Source of the DNA: Deltaproteobacteria bacterium
GTDB lineage: Bacteria > Desulfobacterota > WTBG01 > JAGOGO01
Length of the DNA stretch: 57,144 bases
Direction: 5' to 3'
Assembly: GCA_016935335.1 (NCBI GenBank)
Contig: JAFGRE010000031.1
Coordinates: 1-57,144, forward strand
Within the stretch, counting starts at the first letter, position 1; each line of letters starts with the position of its first letter. A program made the translations under genes and the position numbers. The notes beneath the pieces are model-generated. The model saw nothing but the letters and a program-made list of their open reading frames with translations, was not told where the DNA came from and did not search any database. This document shows positions 10,021-19,550 of this stretch, one piece after another.

Positions 10021-10947
10021 GTGATCTCTATGCTTAGTGATCGGATTGTCTATTTCAACGGAGATTATGTTGCTTTGGATCAGGCAACAGTCCATCTGAT
10101 GAGCCATAGCTTCAGTCGTGGTTCAGCTATTTTCGAGGTGCTGGGTTTACATGAGACGAACGATGGTCCAGCGATCTTTCGACTCAACGAGCACATCCAG
10201 CGTTTTTTTAAGAGTGCATGTTTGCTGGGGATGGAGATTCCTCTGGGGGAAGATGATCTTTACATCGCAGTTATTGAGACGGTCAAGCGCAACACTTGTA
10301 AAAAAGGCCTTATCAAAATTATGGGTTATTATCCGCAGATCGCCCTTGGAGTTCTTCCCCCCGCTAAGGCGGTGGAAATATCCATCTTCGTTGTGGATCC
10401 GATCCAGGACCTAGGCGATGTTGTTTTCCCCTTGGCCAAAAACGTTTCTGTCTGTATTTCAAAATGGCGAAAGCTTGATCCCGGGACGGTTCCCATTGAG
10501 GCTAAGGTGGCAGCCAATTATTTAAACGGAATGATCGCTCAGGCGGAAGCCAAGTCCCGCGGCTTTGACAATAGCATCATGCTTGATACGAAAGGGTTAA
10601 TTGCCGAAGGTCCGACAGAATCGGTGTTCCTTGTTAAAGATGGTCAGCTTATGACGCCGTCCTTGAATTCGGTCCTTCAGAGTATTACGCGGAAGTCTCT
10701 TCTTCAGTTAGCCTCCGTTGTTGGCGTCGAGGCGATTGAACAGCCCTTACTGCCTGATCTTCTTTTCGAGGCCCAGGAAATATTTCTATCGGGTACGCCG
10801 ACGAAAGTCCTCCCCGTTCGACAAATAGAGAACCGTGTTTTGGAAAAAACACCTGGCACAGTGACGCACAAGCTCTCGAGACTAGTAAAAAGTATAGTAT
10901 CCGGATCTGAAGAGCGCTTTAAAGAATGGCTTTTTTATATTAAATAA
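10021..10947 (+). CDS. Class IV PLP aminotransferase (branched-chain amino acid aminotransferase-like)
   Basis: FEVL, IFRLNEHIQRF, EAKVAANY (PLP lysine), AEGPTESVF and LQSITR. Start may be ATG 10030. Confidence 0.88.
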   Translation: MISMLSDRIVYFNGDYVALDQATVHLMSHSFSRGSAIFEVLGLHETNDGPAIFRLNEHIQRFFKSACLLGMEIPLGEDDLYIAVIETVKRNTCKKGLIKIMGYYPQIALGVLPPAKAVEISIFVVDPIQDLGDVVFPLAKNVSVCISKWRKLDPGTVPIEAKVAANYLNGMIAQAEAKSRGFDNSIMLDTKGLIAEGPTESVFLVKDGQLMTPSLNSVLQSITRKSLLQLASVVGVEAIEQPLLPDLLFEAQEIFLSGTPTKVLPVRQIENRVLEKTPGTVTHKLSRLVKSIVSGSEERFKEWLFYIK

Positions 10948-10987
10948 CTACTTGATTGTTGAGTGTATTGGTTCCCTAAGCGCTTTA

Positions 10988-11015
10988 TTGACAACAAAAC
11001 TTTCTATATGATAAT
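10988..11015 (+). promoter_or_regulatory. Putative sigma70 promoter of PAS-LuxR gene 1
   Basis: TTGACA-N16-GATAAT upstream of ATG 11082. Confidence 0.5.
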
Positions 11016-11081
11016 AGCGAATGGCGTATGCCTTTATAGAATTTCCTAAAAAACAGGTTAGTTGTTCTTGGAGGGTGAAAG

Positions 11082-14000
11082 ATGCAATGCAATGAGAAGA
11101 CCAGCGAATCTTTAGAGCAAGAGGTGGTTCGTTTACAGAACCGCATTGCTGAATTGGAGGAGAAAGAAAAGTTTTATCAAATAGCGGAGAAACAATATCG
11201 AGACCTGGTGGAAAGCACCCTCGTAGGAATGTTCAAGACCACCCTTGCAGGAGATATCCTTTATGCCAATCAGGCGCTGGTGGAAATGTTCGGGTTTGAA
11301 TCTCCCGAGGAATTTGGAACCCAGCTGGTTTTTGCAAGATACAAGAGGGCTGAGGATAGAGAGGAATTTCTTGCGTTCATAAAAACCAAGGGTGTTGTAA
11401 ACAACTTTGAGGTTGAACTTATTACGAAAACTGGAAGGCCGAAGCCCGTGCTGATTAACGCGGTTCTTGCTGATAACATTATATCGGGGATGATGATAGA
11501 CATCACCGACCATAAGCGGGCAGAGGAGGCGCTTCGAAACAGTGAGGAAGAACTGCGACACATTGTTGAAGGGAGCCCGATACCGACATTCGTTATCGAT
11601 ACCGATCACATGGTCAAACACTGGAACAAGGCCTGTGAGAAGCTCACGGGTCTTTCTGCGGAGGAGATGGTGGAAACCAAGCAGCAGTGGAAAGCATTTT
11701 CTCCAACAGAGAGGTCGATGCTTGCTGACTTGATAGTGGATGGCCTTCCCGAGGAAGAGATAATAAAGCGTTCCGGGAGGGCGTATAGAAGATCCGCCAT
11801 TATTGACGGAGCTTATGAGGCTGAAGATTTTGTTCATGGTTTGGGGGAAAATGGTAGATGGGTTTCTTTCAGCGCAGCACCGCTTAAGGATGTTGCGGGT
11901 ACTATCACGGGAGCGATAGAGATCTTGCAGGATGTCACGGAGCGAAAACATGCGACAAAGGCGTTACAACACAGTGAACAGATGTTTAGAACTTTGGCGG
12001 AGACCGCCCCTTTTGGCATTTCAATTATGAATTCAGAACAGCGGTTTGAATATTTCAATCCGAAATTTACCGAAATATTCGGATATACATTCGAAGATGT
12101 TACGGATAATGCGACGTGGTTTAAGAAAGCATACCCCGACAAAGAATATCGAGAAAACGTGATTACCATCTGGAAGGAAGACCTGGGAGATGAACCGGAG
12201 GTGGGCGCAAAAAGGGAAAGGATTTATAACGTCAGATGTAAAGACGGAAGGGACAGGGTCATTCATTTTAGGGGAATCGCCTTAGAGGATGGAAGGCATT
12301 TTGTTACCTATGAAGATATTACAATTCGGGCACAAGCTGAAAGGGACCTTAAAGAAAGCGAACTGAAATATCGCGCCCTTTTTGAGTCGACGCCGGACGC
12401 AATTATGTTGACCGATAGCGGCGGCTTCCTAGATTGTAATAAGGCAACGCTTGAAATGTTCGGTTGTTCAGCGAAAGAGGAGTTCACCATAAAACACCCC
12501 GGCGAATTATCTCCCCCGATCCAGCCCGATGGGGAGGAGTCGATTTTTGCTGCCAACAAGCACATTAAGGAAGCTCTCGCAAAGGGATTCTGTTTTTTTG
12601 AGTGGGTGCATAGACGGATTGACGGGGGGGACTTCCCGGCTGAGGTATTGCTCAGTACGCTTGAATTAAGGGGGCGGATGGTTTTACAGGCGTTAGTTCG
12701 CGATATTACCGACCGGAAGCGAGCAGAAGAGGCCGTTAGAAGAGCTCAAGACGAACTCGAACAGCGGGTTAGGGAACGAACCGCGGAACTGACAGATGTT
12801 AATCAACGATTACAGCAGGAGGTTGAAGAACGAAAACGGGCTGAGATATCTCTTCAACAGAGTGAAGAAAGATACCGGTATATTTTTGATAATGCGTTGG
12901 TTTCACTTCGGGAGGAAGATATCTCCGAGCTTAGGTCTGCCCTTGACGAACTGCGGAGGAAAGGGGTGCGGAATTTTCGAGAGTACTTGGACGAACATCC
13001 GGAGTTTATAAGCCGGGCGATAAAAATGATAAAAATTACCGACACCAATGATGCTGCGATGAGATTATATGAAGCGGATGATAGAGGGCAATTCTCTGAG
13101 AGGGAAAAAATGTTTGTGCCGGGAGAACTTTCCGGGTTTCACGAATCGCTTATCGCTCTTGCAGAGGGGCAGACCTCGTTTGAAGGCGAATCGGTGAACC
13201 AGACGTTTCGGGGAAAGCCCATCAACATTTTGTTGAAGATCGCGTTTCCTTCTAAAAAATCACGATTCAACAAAGCGTTAGTGAGCGTAGTGGATATCAC
13301 TGAACGGAAGCGGGCAGAGGAAGCCTTGCAAGAGAGTGAAAATAGATTCTCAACCTTTATGGATCATTTGCCGGGGATTGTCTGCATGCGAGATGAAGCT
13401 GGGCGGGTTACATATCTTAATAGATACATGGGGGATACATTCGGAGAACAGGCAAGCACATTGGCGGAGAGGGTTACCGGGGAATGGTCCGATTTTTCAA
13501 GAGAAAACATACGGGAAAGTACTGAAGCTGTGTTCGATAAGAACGAGAAGTCTCACTTCTATCGGACGTTCAGGTTCCCGGTAGTGAGAAAAGGGAAGCC
13601 GACGATTTACGGAGGCATTGGGATTGACATAACGAAGCAAGTGGAGGCGGAAGAGGCGCTTCGGAAAGCGCATGGGGATTTAGAAGAAACAGTAAAGAGA
13701 CGCACAGCCGAATTGGTTACAATTAACGAGCAATTGAAACAGGAAGTCGTAGCGCACAAGCACACGGGCAAGGCGCTTGAAGAACAAACCTTGCTCAACG
13801 AAATGATTCTCCAGACTACCATGAACGGATTGTTTATTAAAGACCTGGACGGTAATATTTTAAAAGCAAATCCGGCGGCTTCTATGATTACCGGCTATAG
13901 GCAGGAAGAATTGATCAAGATGAACATCCTCGACATAGAACCGCTGGACTCATTAGCGGCCTTTAAGCAGCGCAGCCAGCTTGCTGTCGAAAAAGGGTTT

Positions 14001-14603
14001 AATCGTTTTGAAGCAAAATCGCGGCACAAGGATGACCACATCGCGGATGTAGAAGTGAGTCAGAATTTTCTAAAAATCGGGGAGCAGGAATTACTTATCT
14101 CTTTTTTCAATGATATCACGAAAAGAAAGCAGGCGGAGCGGGTACTTAAAGAGCGGGAAGAAGAACTGGAGGTAAAGAGCAGTAACCTTGAGGAAGTAAA
14201 TACTGCCTTGATGGTCTTATTGCGTAGGAGGGATGAAGACAAAAGAGAACTGGAGGATAAGGTCTTGGTAAATATGAAGGAATTGGCGCTACCGTATATT
14301 GAGAAGATAGGACAAGGCAATCTGGATGCCAGGCAAAGGTCTTATCTGGAAATCCTGGAATCAAACCTGGATGATATTATTTCACCTTTTGCGCGGACTT
14401 TGTCCTCTAAATACCTTAATCTTACACCTACGGAAATTCAGGTGGCCAATCTTATTAAACAAGGGAAAACCAGCAAGGAAATAGCGGAATTGTGGAATCT
14501 CTCCAGTAGGACGGTTGAATTCCATAGGGACAACATCCGGAGGAAACTCCAGATAAAAAATAGAAAGACAAACCTCAGATCCTACCTGCTCTCCCTGCAA
14601 TGA
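11082..14603 (+). CDS. Multi-PAS (about 7 PAS/PAC) LuxR-family HTH one-component regulator
   Basis: Repeated [12 protein letters not shown]-type PAC linkers. C-terminal [43 protein letters not shown] LuxR HTH. No kinase or receiver domain. Confidence 0.92.
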   Translation: MQCNEKTSESLEQEVVRLQNRIAELEEKEKFYQIAEKQYRDLVESTLVGMFKTTLAGDILYANQALVEMFGFESPEEFGTQLVFARYKRAEDREEFLAFIKTKGVVNNFEVELITKTGRPKPVLINAVLADNIISGMMIDITDHKRAEEALRNSEEELRHIVEGSPIPTFVIDTDHMVKHWNKACEKLTGLSAEEMVETKQQWKAFSPTERSMLADLIVDGLPEEEIIKRSGRAYRRSAIIDGAYEAEDFVHGLGENGRWVSFSAAPLKDVAGTITGAIEILQDVTERKHATKALQHSEQMFRTLAETAPFGISIMNSEQRFEYFNPKFTEIFGYTFEDVTDNATWFKKAYPDKEYRENVITIWKEDLGDEPEVGAKRERIYNVRCKDGRDRVIHFRGIALEDGRHFVTYEDITIRAQAERDLKESELKYRALFESTPDAIMLTDSGGFLDCNKATLEMFGCSAKEEFTIKHPGELSPPIQPDGEESIFAANKHIKEALAKGFCFFEWVHRRIDGGDFPAEVLLSTLELRGRMVLQALVRDITDRKRAEEAVRRAQDELEQRVRERTAELTDVNQRLQQEVEERKRAEISLQQSEERYRYIFDNALVSLREEDISELRSALDELRRKGVRNFREYLDEHPEFISRAIKMIKITDTNDAAMRLYEADDRGQFSEREKMFVPGELSGFHESLIALAEGQTSFEGESVNQTFRGKPINILLKIAFPSKKSRFNKALVSVVDITERKRAEEALQESENRFSTFMDHLPGIVCMRDEAGRVTYLNRYMGDTFGEQASTLAERVTGEWSDFSRENIRESTEAVFDKNEKSHFYRTFRFPVVRKGKPTIYGGIGIDITKQVEAEEALRKAHGDLEETVKRRTAELVTINEQLKQEVVAHKHTGKALEEQTLLNEMILQTTMNGLFIKDLDGNILKANPAASMITGYRQEELIKMNILDIEPLDSLAAFKQRSQLAVEKGFNRFEAKSRHKDDHIADVEVSQNFLKIGEQELLISFFNDITKRKQAERVLKEREEELEVKSSNLEEVNTALMVLLRRRDEDKRELEDKVLVNMKELALPYIEKIGQGNLDARQRSYLEILESNLDDIISPFARTLSSKYLNLTPTEIQVANLIKQGKTSKEIAELWNLSSRTVEFHRDNIRRKLQIKNRKTNLRSYLLSLQ

Positions 14604-14604
14604 T

Positions 14605-14675
14605 AATACTGGTTTTAGGCAAGCATTATACAGGTAATTATTTGTGATTGATTTTTTGGGAAAAGCTGATATTTT
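14605..14675 (+). promoter_or_regulatory. Inverted repeat plus sigma70 promoter directly after the LuxR1 stop
   Basis: AATACT-N11-AGCATT (14605-14627), then 20 nt, then TTGATT (14648)-N16-TATTTT (14670) with extended TG. Aligns with 16276-16347. Confidence 0.6.
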
Positions 14676-14681
14676 AAAAAA

Positions 14682-14847
14682 AGCAGATGCGATTTTCGCG
14701 CTGCCTTCCTCTAACCTCTCTAACTCAGCATGGAGGGAAATGTAAAGCGACTATTTCGGACGTGAAAATTTCATAGGTCTTGCACTCTTTTTTACCTTCC
14801 TATATCATCTATATACTCCAACTAATGAAGAGTGCAAGACTTTTTTT
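14682..14847 (+). ncRNA. Candidate small RNA 1 with CU-rich large-loop terminator
   Basis: No credible ORF. 13-bp stem GTCTTGCACTCTT/AAGAGTGCAAGAC (14777-14840), 38-nt loop containing CCTTCC and TACTCCA, followed by T7. 5' end inferred from the promoter. Confidence 0.5.
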
Positions 14848-14999
14848 GTGTTGGCGTTGGGTGGTTGACTTCGCTTCCACCGAAATTGCTGAGCCAGGAA
14901 TCTCTCTCTTCGTCTTTTTAATTGTAGTAAGATAATACAAAGTTGGTATCGCGTAAGAATCCCAATCATTGACGTGACATATCTTTGGAGAAGAGCCTG

Positions 15000-16277
15000 A
15001 TGAATGACAAGAAGAAAACCAAGGGCCTTCTGGAGCAAGAATTGGCTAATCCCCGTGATCGGACTGCTCAGTTGGAGAAGTCCATCAAAGGGTATTGGCA
15101 ATCTGAGAAGCAGTTTAGGGATTTTGTTGAAAATGCTCCTGTGGGTATTTACAGAAGTAACTTCAAAGGCGACATCCTTTACGCAAATCGGGCGTTGATG
15201 GCTATGTTTGAATTCAATTCGCCGCAGGAACTTATTTCTCAGGGCGTCGTGGCGCGATACAAGAATCGAAAAGATCGGGAAAGGCTTATTCAGATTGTAA
15301 AGGAAAAGGGATCTGTTGATAATTTTGAAGTTGAAGTTCTAACCAAAATCGGAAAAACCAAATGCGCAATACTCAGCGCAGTGCCTGAGGGAGATATGAT
15401 ATGGGGAATGATGATTGACATTACCGAGCGGAAGCGGGCGGAGGATGCGCTGCAAGAGGAGACTTTGCGGAACGAATTGATTCTTAAAACCACTATGCAT
15501 GGGTTTTTTATAACGGATATGGAAGGAAAAATTCTTAAGGCAAACCCGACAGCGGCTTTGATTTCCGGTTATTTGCAGGATGAATTGATCGGAATGCATG
15601 TTCTTGATCTTGACCCGTTGTTGTCTCTGGAATCGTTTCAGGGGCACCGGAAGCTATCCATGAAAATCGGATGCCACCGGTTTGAAACGAAATGCCGTCG
15701 AAAAGATGGACGTATTATAGACGTGGAAGTCAGTCAAAACTTTCTCGAGATCGGACGGCAGAAGAGTTTCTTCTCTTTTTTTACGGACATTACACAACGA
15801 AAACAGGCTGAGAAGACATTGAGAGAGCGGGAAAAAGAACTCGAGGCAAAACGCAGCAGCCTCGAGGAAGTGAATGTTGCCCTAAAGGTGTTGCTGAAAA
15901 GAAGGGATGAGGATAAGGCTGACCTTGAGGAAAAGGTGATGGTAAATCTGAAGGAACTTATAGGACCCTACCTGCAGAAATTAAGGGAGAGTGGTTTGAA
16001 TGCGAAGCAGCGGGCCTATTTTGAGGTGCTGGAGTCCAATATTAACAGTATTATTTCCCCATTTGCACGCAGTTTAGGATCCAAATACTTGGGCCTTACC
16101 CCTAAAGAAATTTTGGTTGCCAATCTTATCAGGCAAGGAAAGACGGCGAAGGAGATAGCGGAGCTGTGGAACATTTCTCGGAGGACCGTTGAGTCTCACC
16201 GGGAAAATATGCGTCGGAAACTTCGCCTCAAGAAGCAGAAGAAGAACCTGCGGTCTTACCTTTTATCTCTAAAATAA
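15000..16277 (+). CDS. Two-PAS LuxR-family HTH regulator (paralog of 11082..14603)
   Basis: PAS1 and the last PAS plus HTH are similar to the upstream gene. [39 protein letters not shown] 15000 follows GGAG. Confidence 0.92.
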   Translation: MNDKKKTKGLLEQELANPRDRTAQLEKSIKGYWQSEKQFRDFVENAPVGIYRSNFKGDILYANRALMAMFEFNSPQELISQGVVARYKNRKDRERLIQIVKEKGSVDNFEVEVLTKIGKTKCAILSAVPEGDMIWGMMIDITERKRAEDALQEETLRNELILKTTMHGFFITDMEGKILKANPTAALISGYLQDELIGMHVLDLDPLLSLESFQGHRKLSMKIGCHRFETKCRRKDGRIIDVEVSQNFLEIGRQKSFFSFFTDITQRKQAEKTLREREKELEAKRSSLEEVNVALKVLLKRRDEDKADLEEKVMVNLKELIGPYLQKLRESGLNAKQRAYFEVLESNINSIISPFARSLGSKYLGLTPKEILVANLIRQGKTAKEIAELWNISRRTVESHRENMRRKLRLKKQKKNLRSYLLSLK

Positions 16278-16347
16278 TACGCAGTTTATATCCGTATTGT
16301 GCTAGAATTTATTTGGTATTGATATTTAAGAAAAAGAGATCTATACT
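16276..16347 (+). promoter_or_regulatory. Inverted repeat plus sigma70 promoter directly after the LuxR2 stop
   Basis: AATACG-N11-CGTATT (16276-16298), then 20 nt, then TTGATA (16319)-N17-TATACT (16342). Confidence 0.7.
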
Positions 16348-16353
16348 ATTAAT

Positions 16354-16439
16354 AAATAGTTGACGCATTTAAGCCTTACACTCGTTTTCAATTCTCTTCT
16401 CCTCCATTTACTCCATTAAACGGGTGTAAGGCTTTTTTT
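16354..16439 (+). ncRNA. Candidate small RNA 2 with CU-rich large-loop terminator
   Basis: 17-bp stem AAGCCTTACACTCGTTT/AAACGGGTGTAAGGCTT (16371-16434, one G-U), 30-nt loop with CTCCTCC and TACTCCA, then a T7 run. The next gene is convergent, so no same-strand ORF explains the promoter. Confidence 0.55.
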
Positions 16440-16445
16440 ATGATT

Positions 16446-16488
16446 AAAAAGCCTCTTAACCATCTGCCCCTGGGAAAGGGGCTTTTTT
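16446..16488. terminator. Second hairpin, possibly a bidirectional terminator
   Basis: AAAAAGCCTCTT...AAGGGGCTTTTTT with A-run before and T-run after, between convergent units. Confidence 0.55.
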
Positions 16489-16567
16489 CATTGAGGGCGG
16501 AAAGGGATCTCCGGGAAAGGTTGGTAACCGCCTTCTTGCTGGGGAGAATTCTTAAATGAAATGATCC

Positions 16568-17197
16568 TCACTGTTTTGTTCTTTTATAATCCTGGAGATA
16601 CCGCAATACTTTTTTAATATAAACATGGGTTTCTCTATAGGGGGGGATTTGGCAGCCATGTTCCTTTACGATGTTTTCTCCGGCATTATAGGCGGCAAGC
16701 GTTAATGGTAAGTCGTTATCGAACATGTTAAGAAGCCGTCGTAAATATTTGACTCCCCCTTCGATATTTTCTCGGGGGTCAAAGACGTTTTTTACGTTCA
16801 TATCTAGTGCGGTTTCTGGCATAAGCTGCATTAAGCCCCTGGCCCCCCGATGAGAGACTACGGATGGGTCGAAGTCTGATTCTGCCTTGATAACTGCTCG
16901 TATCAAATCTTCATCAACTTTATATCTGGTTGACATTTCCCGGATTACGTCCTTGTATCGGGCATACTCGTGGTTTTTGTTCCGCCCCCCCCCGGAAATG
17001 TAAAGGCGATATCGGGGGTCAGTGGGAACATTTGAAAAGTGAACCACCCCGTTTTTATCGACAAATCGGTAGATGTCAGCCAGCACGAACTGGCAATTAA
17101 AGCTTGCCAACAAAAAGAAAAAAATTCCCGCCCACGGTACATGCGTTTTACGCGACAGGGGAGCGGCCTTTTTGCTAGAGTAAATGGCGGAGGCCAT
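16568..17197 (-). CDS. Lytic transglycosylase (SLT domain) with N-terminal DUF4124-like region
   Basis: ADIYRFVDKNGVVHFSN, IKAESDF, GARGLMQLMP and LAAYNAG. Start uncertain (17197 or 17245). Confidence 0.9.
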   Translation of the reverse strand: MASAIYSSKKAAPLSRKTHVPWAGIFFFLLASFNCQFVLADIYRFVDKNGVVHFSNVPTDPRYRLYISGGGRNKNHEYARYKDVIREMSTRYKVDEDLIRAVIKAESDFDPSVVSHRGARGLMQLMPETALDMNVKNVFDPRENIEGGVKYLRRLLNMFDNDLPLTLAAYNAGENIVKEHGCQIPPYRETHVYIKKVLRYLQDYKRTKQ

Positions 17198-17300
17198 CTC
17201 TTTTCCTTTTAGCAAGCACCCTTGACAGACGGACGTAAAATTCATAGGATGGAGTCAGACCGCTCGTGCGGATCACCCAATTGAAGGTTTCATGCATTAC

Positions 17301-17510
17301 ATGGATTTTTACTATTTTCTCAACGTTTTGGGTCTGGTCCTGATTATCGAGGGATTGCCCCATTTTTTATTTCCCAAAAAACTCAAAAATATTCTTTCCC
17401 AACTAGCATCAGTTCCGAGCATTTATCTGAGGGTATTCGGTTTCACTGCAATGACACTCGGCCTCTTGTTACTCTATCACGCTCGAGGGCATATCAGCCT
17501 GGATCCCTAA
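17301..17510 (+). CDS. DUF2065/YjeT family small membrane protein
   Basis: LGLVLIIEGLPHFLFP and LRVFG..GL pattern with two TM segments. Confidence 0.75.
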   Translation: MDFYYFLNVLGLVLIIEGLPHFLFPKKLKNILSQLASVPSIYLRVFGFTAMTLGLLLLYHARGHISLDP

Positions 17511-18571
17511 TAAATAAGCTTTAGCTTCGTACCCGCTTGAAGAAAAGCCCCCCCTTCCACATTATTCAGTTCTGCAATTTCTTGAGCCAGAATTCTATCT
17601 CCGCCGAACATCTCGTCGGCTATTGATTCTATAGTATCACTTTCTTGGACGGTATAGATGTGGATACGGCGGGGATTTTCGCGGGAGCCATAAAGCAAAC
17701 CTTCCAGGTGGGCTTTATATTCGTCCTCCAGGACGTTTCCCCGGTAACCCGTTACCTCTTCTCTGGTAACATGTGCTTCACCGCCTCCTTCTTTCTGGTG
17801 AATTTTGTAGTGGGCGAGATCTAACGCAACCATCAGCTTCGCGCTGTTTCGAGTTTCTCGTATCCGATCGAAAATATCGGGATGTGTGGAACTGTACACC
17901 CCATATCCTCCGGGCCCTTGAGACTTCTTAGCCAATTGGCTGAGGAAACCACTTACTTCCTTTGGATCATAGCCGGCTTTGTACATATACTTGAGTCCCA
18001 TGGCATCTGCCTGAAATTCTCGATCGCGACTATACCCCAACATCATGGTCTGGGTAAGTGAGGCAGCTACGGTCAGGACCTCTCCTGCATTTGGTCCCGC
18101 TGCCAATGCTGCCAGAGTTACCAGTTGGTAGCCCAATGTCTCAGAAAGCTGAACGGCGCTATGACGAGCGCAGACGTGGCCGATTTCATGGCCTAGAACA
18201 CTTGCCAGTTGAGCTTCGTTTTGGAGCTCCGCAAGTAAACCGCGGGTGACATAGATGTACCCACCGGGCAGGGCAAAAGCGTTGAGGACCGGGCTATCGA
18301 TGACCTGAAACTGGTATTGGAGGTAGATTCGGTCGCAAACCTGAACTATCTTTTGTCCGATTTGGTTTACATATTTCTGAAGATCAGTGTCGTCATATAC
18401 CCCCCCAAAGCTCTGAGTGACAGAATGACTGGCATTGCGCCCCAGACGGATCTCCTTTTCCTCACCAATAACGTTAAACTCGCGCTTTAAGGTAGCAGGG
18501 TTAACACTGCATGCTGAAAAAAAGAACAGCACGGAAATAACTCTTGTTAAAACAGACAGAAAATGGATCAT
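17507..18571 (-). CDS. M48 family Zn metalloprotease lipoprotein with C-terminal LysM-like domain
   Basis: Lipobox FSAC, NAFALPGG, HEIGH, EFQAD, STHP and C-terminal YTVQESDT..IA..LN. Confidence 0.88.
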   Translation of the reverse strand: MIHFLSVLTRVISVLFFFSACSVNPATLKREFNVIGEEKEIRLGRNASHSVTQSFGGVYDDTDLQKYVNQIGQKIVQVCDRIYLQYQFQVIDSPVLNAFALPGGYIYVTRGLLAELQNEAQLASVLGHEIGHVCARHSAVQLSETLGYQLVTLAALAAGPNAGEVLTVAASLTQTMMLGYSRDREFQADAMGLKYMYKAGYDPKEVSGFLSQLAKKSQGPGGYGVYSSTHPDIFDRIRETRNSAKLMVALDLAHYKIHQKEGGGEAHVTREEVTGYRGNVLEDEYKAHLEGLLYGSRENPRRIHIYTVQESDTIESIADEMFGGDRILAQEIAELNNVEGGAFLQAGTKLKLIY

Positions 18572-18692
18572 ATTTTTTCTGTTACGGCTCCGTCAACGCG
18601 GCAATTAGGGGGAAAGACTAACGCTATGATTTAGAAGCAAGGATGTTTGGGAAATGCGTTGCTGTGTTTAAATAGTGAGGTAGACTTCCTCG

Positions 18693-19457
18693 CTACAAGC
18701 TCTTCAGATCTTTCACCGCCTGCAATGCCTTCGTAAGATCTATTGTTCCCTCATAGAGGGCCCGGCCAATAATGACTCCCTTTACCCCTTCTTTGACAAG
18801 GGGTATGATCTCTAACACATCCTGTAGTGTGGCCACCCCTCCAGAGGCGATGACAGGAACCGATACTGCTTGTGCTACCTGCTGGGTGGCACGGAGGTTA
18901 ATACCGGTCAGCATGCCATCCCTGGTAATATCGGTATAAATGATAGCAGACGCTCCTTCCATCTCTGATAGTCGGGCTAAGTCATTTGCTGATAAAGGGG
19001 TTTGCTCGGCCCATCCTTTCACAGCGACTTTGCCATTTCGGGCGTCGATCCCGACAACGATTCGCCCTGGGAATCTGGAACAGGATTCCGAGAGGAGACG
19101 TCTGTTGTCATAGGCAGCCGTGCCCAAAATAACTCGGTCTATTCCCATGGTAAGATATTCGGCAATAGTATCGATACTCCGAATCCCCCCTCCCAGTTGA
19201 ATCGGTATGTGTATGGCTTCTCTTACCTCTCGAATGACCGGCTTGTTCCGGGGCGTTCCCGCAAATGCCCCGTCAAGGTCTATGAGATGCAACATCTGGG
19301 CACCTAAAGATTGCCATTGACGGGCGATCGTGGGGGGGGAACCGGAGAAGACAGTTGTTTTGTCCATTTCTCCTTGTCTAAGGCGAACACATTTTCCATT
19401 TTTAAGGTCAATGGCGGGAATAATTTGTAGACGGGCGTCGTTAATTTCGACGTTCAT
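18693..19457 (-). CDS. hisA: ProFAR isomerase HisA
   Basis: IIPAIDLKNGKCVRLRQG, LHLIDLDGA, GGGIRS, YTDITRDGML and ASGG. Confidence 0.96.
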   Translation of the reverse strand: MNVEINDARLQIIPAIDLKNGKCVRLRQGEMDKTTVFSGSPPTIARQWQSLGAQMLHLIDLDGAFAGTPRNKPVIREVREAIHIPIQLGGGIRSIDTIAEYLTMGIDRVILGTAAYDNRRLLSESCSRFPGRIVVGIDARNGKVAVKGWAEQTPLSANDLARLSEMEGASAIIYTDITRDGMLTGINLRATQQVAQAVSVPVIASGGVATLQDVLEIIPLVKEGVKGVIIGRALYEGTIDLTKALQAVKDLKSL

Positions 19458-19550
19458 AAATTCAAGCTCACCGTTCTAAATATGCGGTCAAAATTTTACA
19501 GCGCGAATTGATACTCGTCCCTTGCAACCTGAAAAGGAGGGGGAACGACA

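Noticed and set aside
14805-15101. 98-aa minus-strand ORF across the sRNA1 hairpin
   Set aside because: Antisense to LuxR2 with no RBS or motif; likely spurious.
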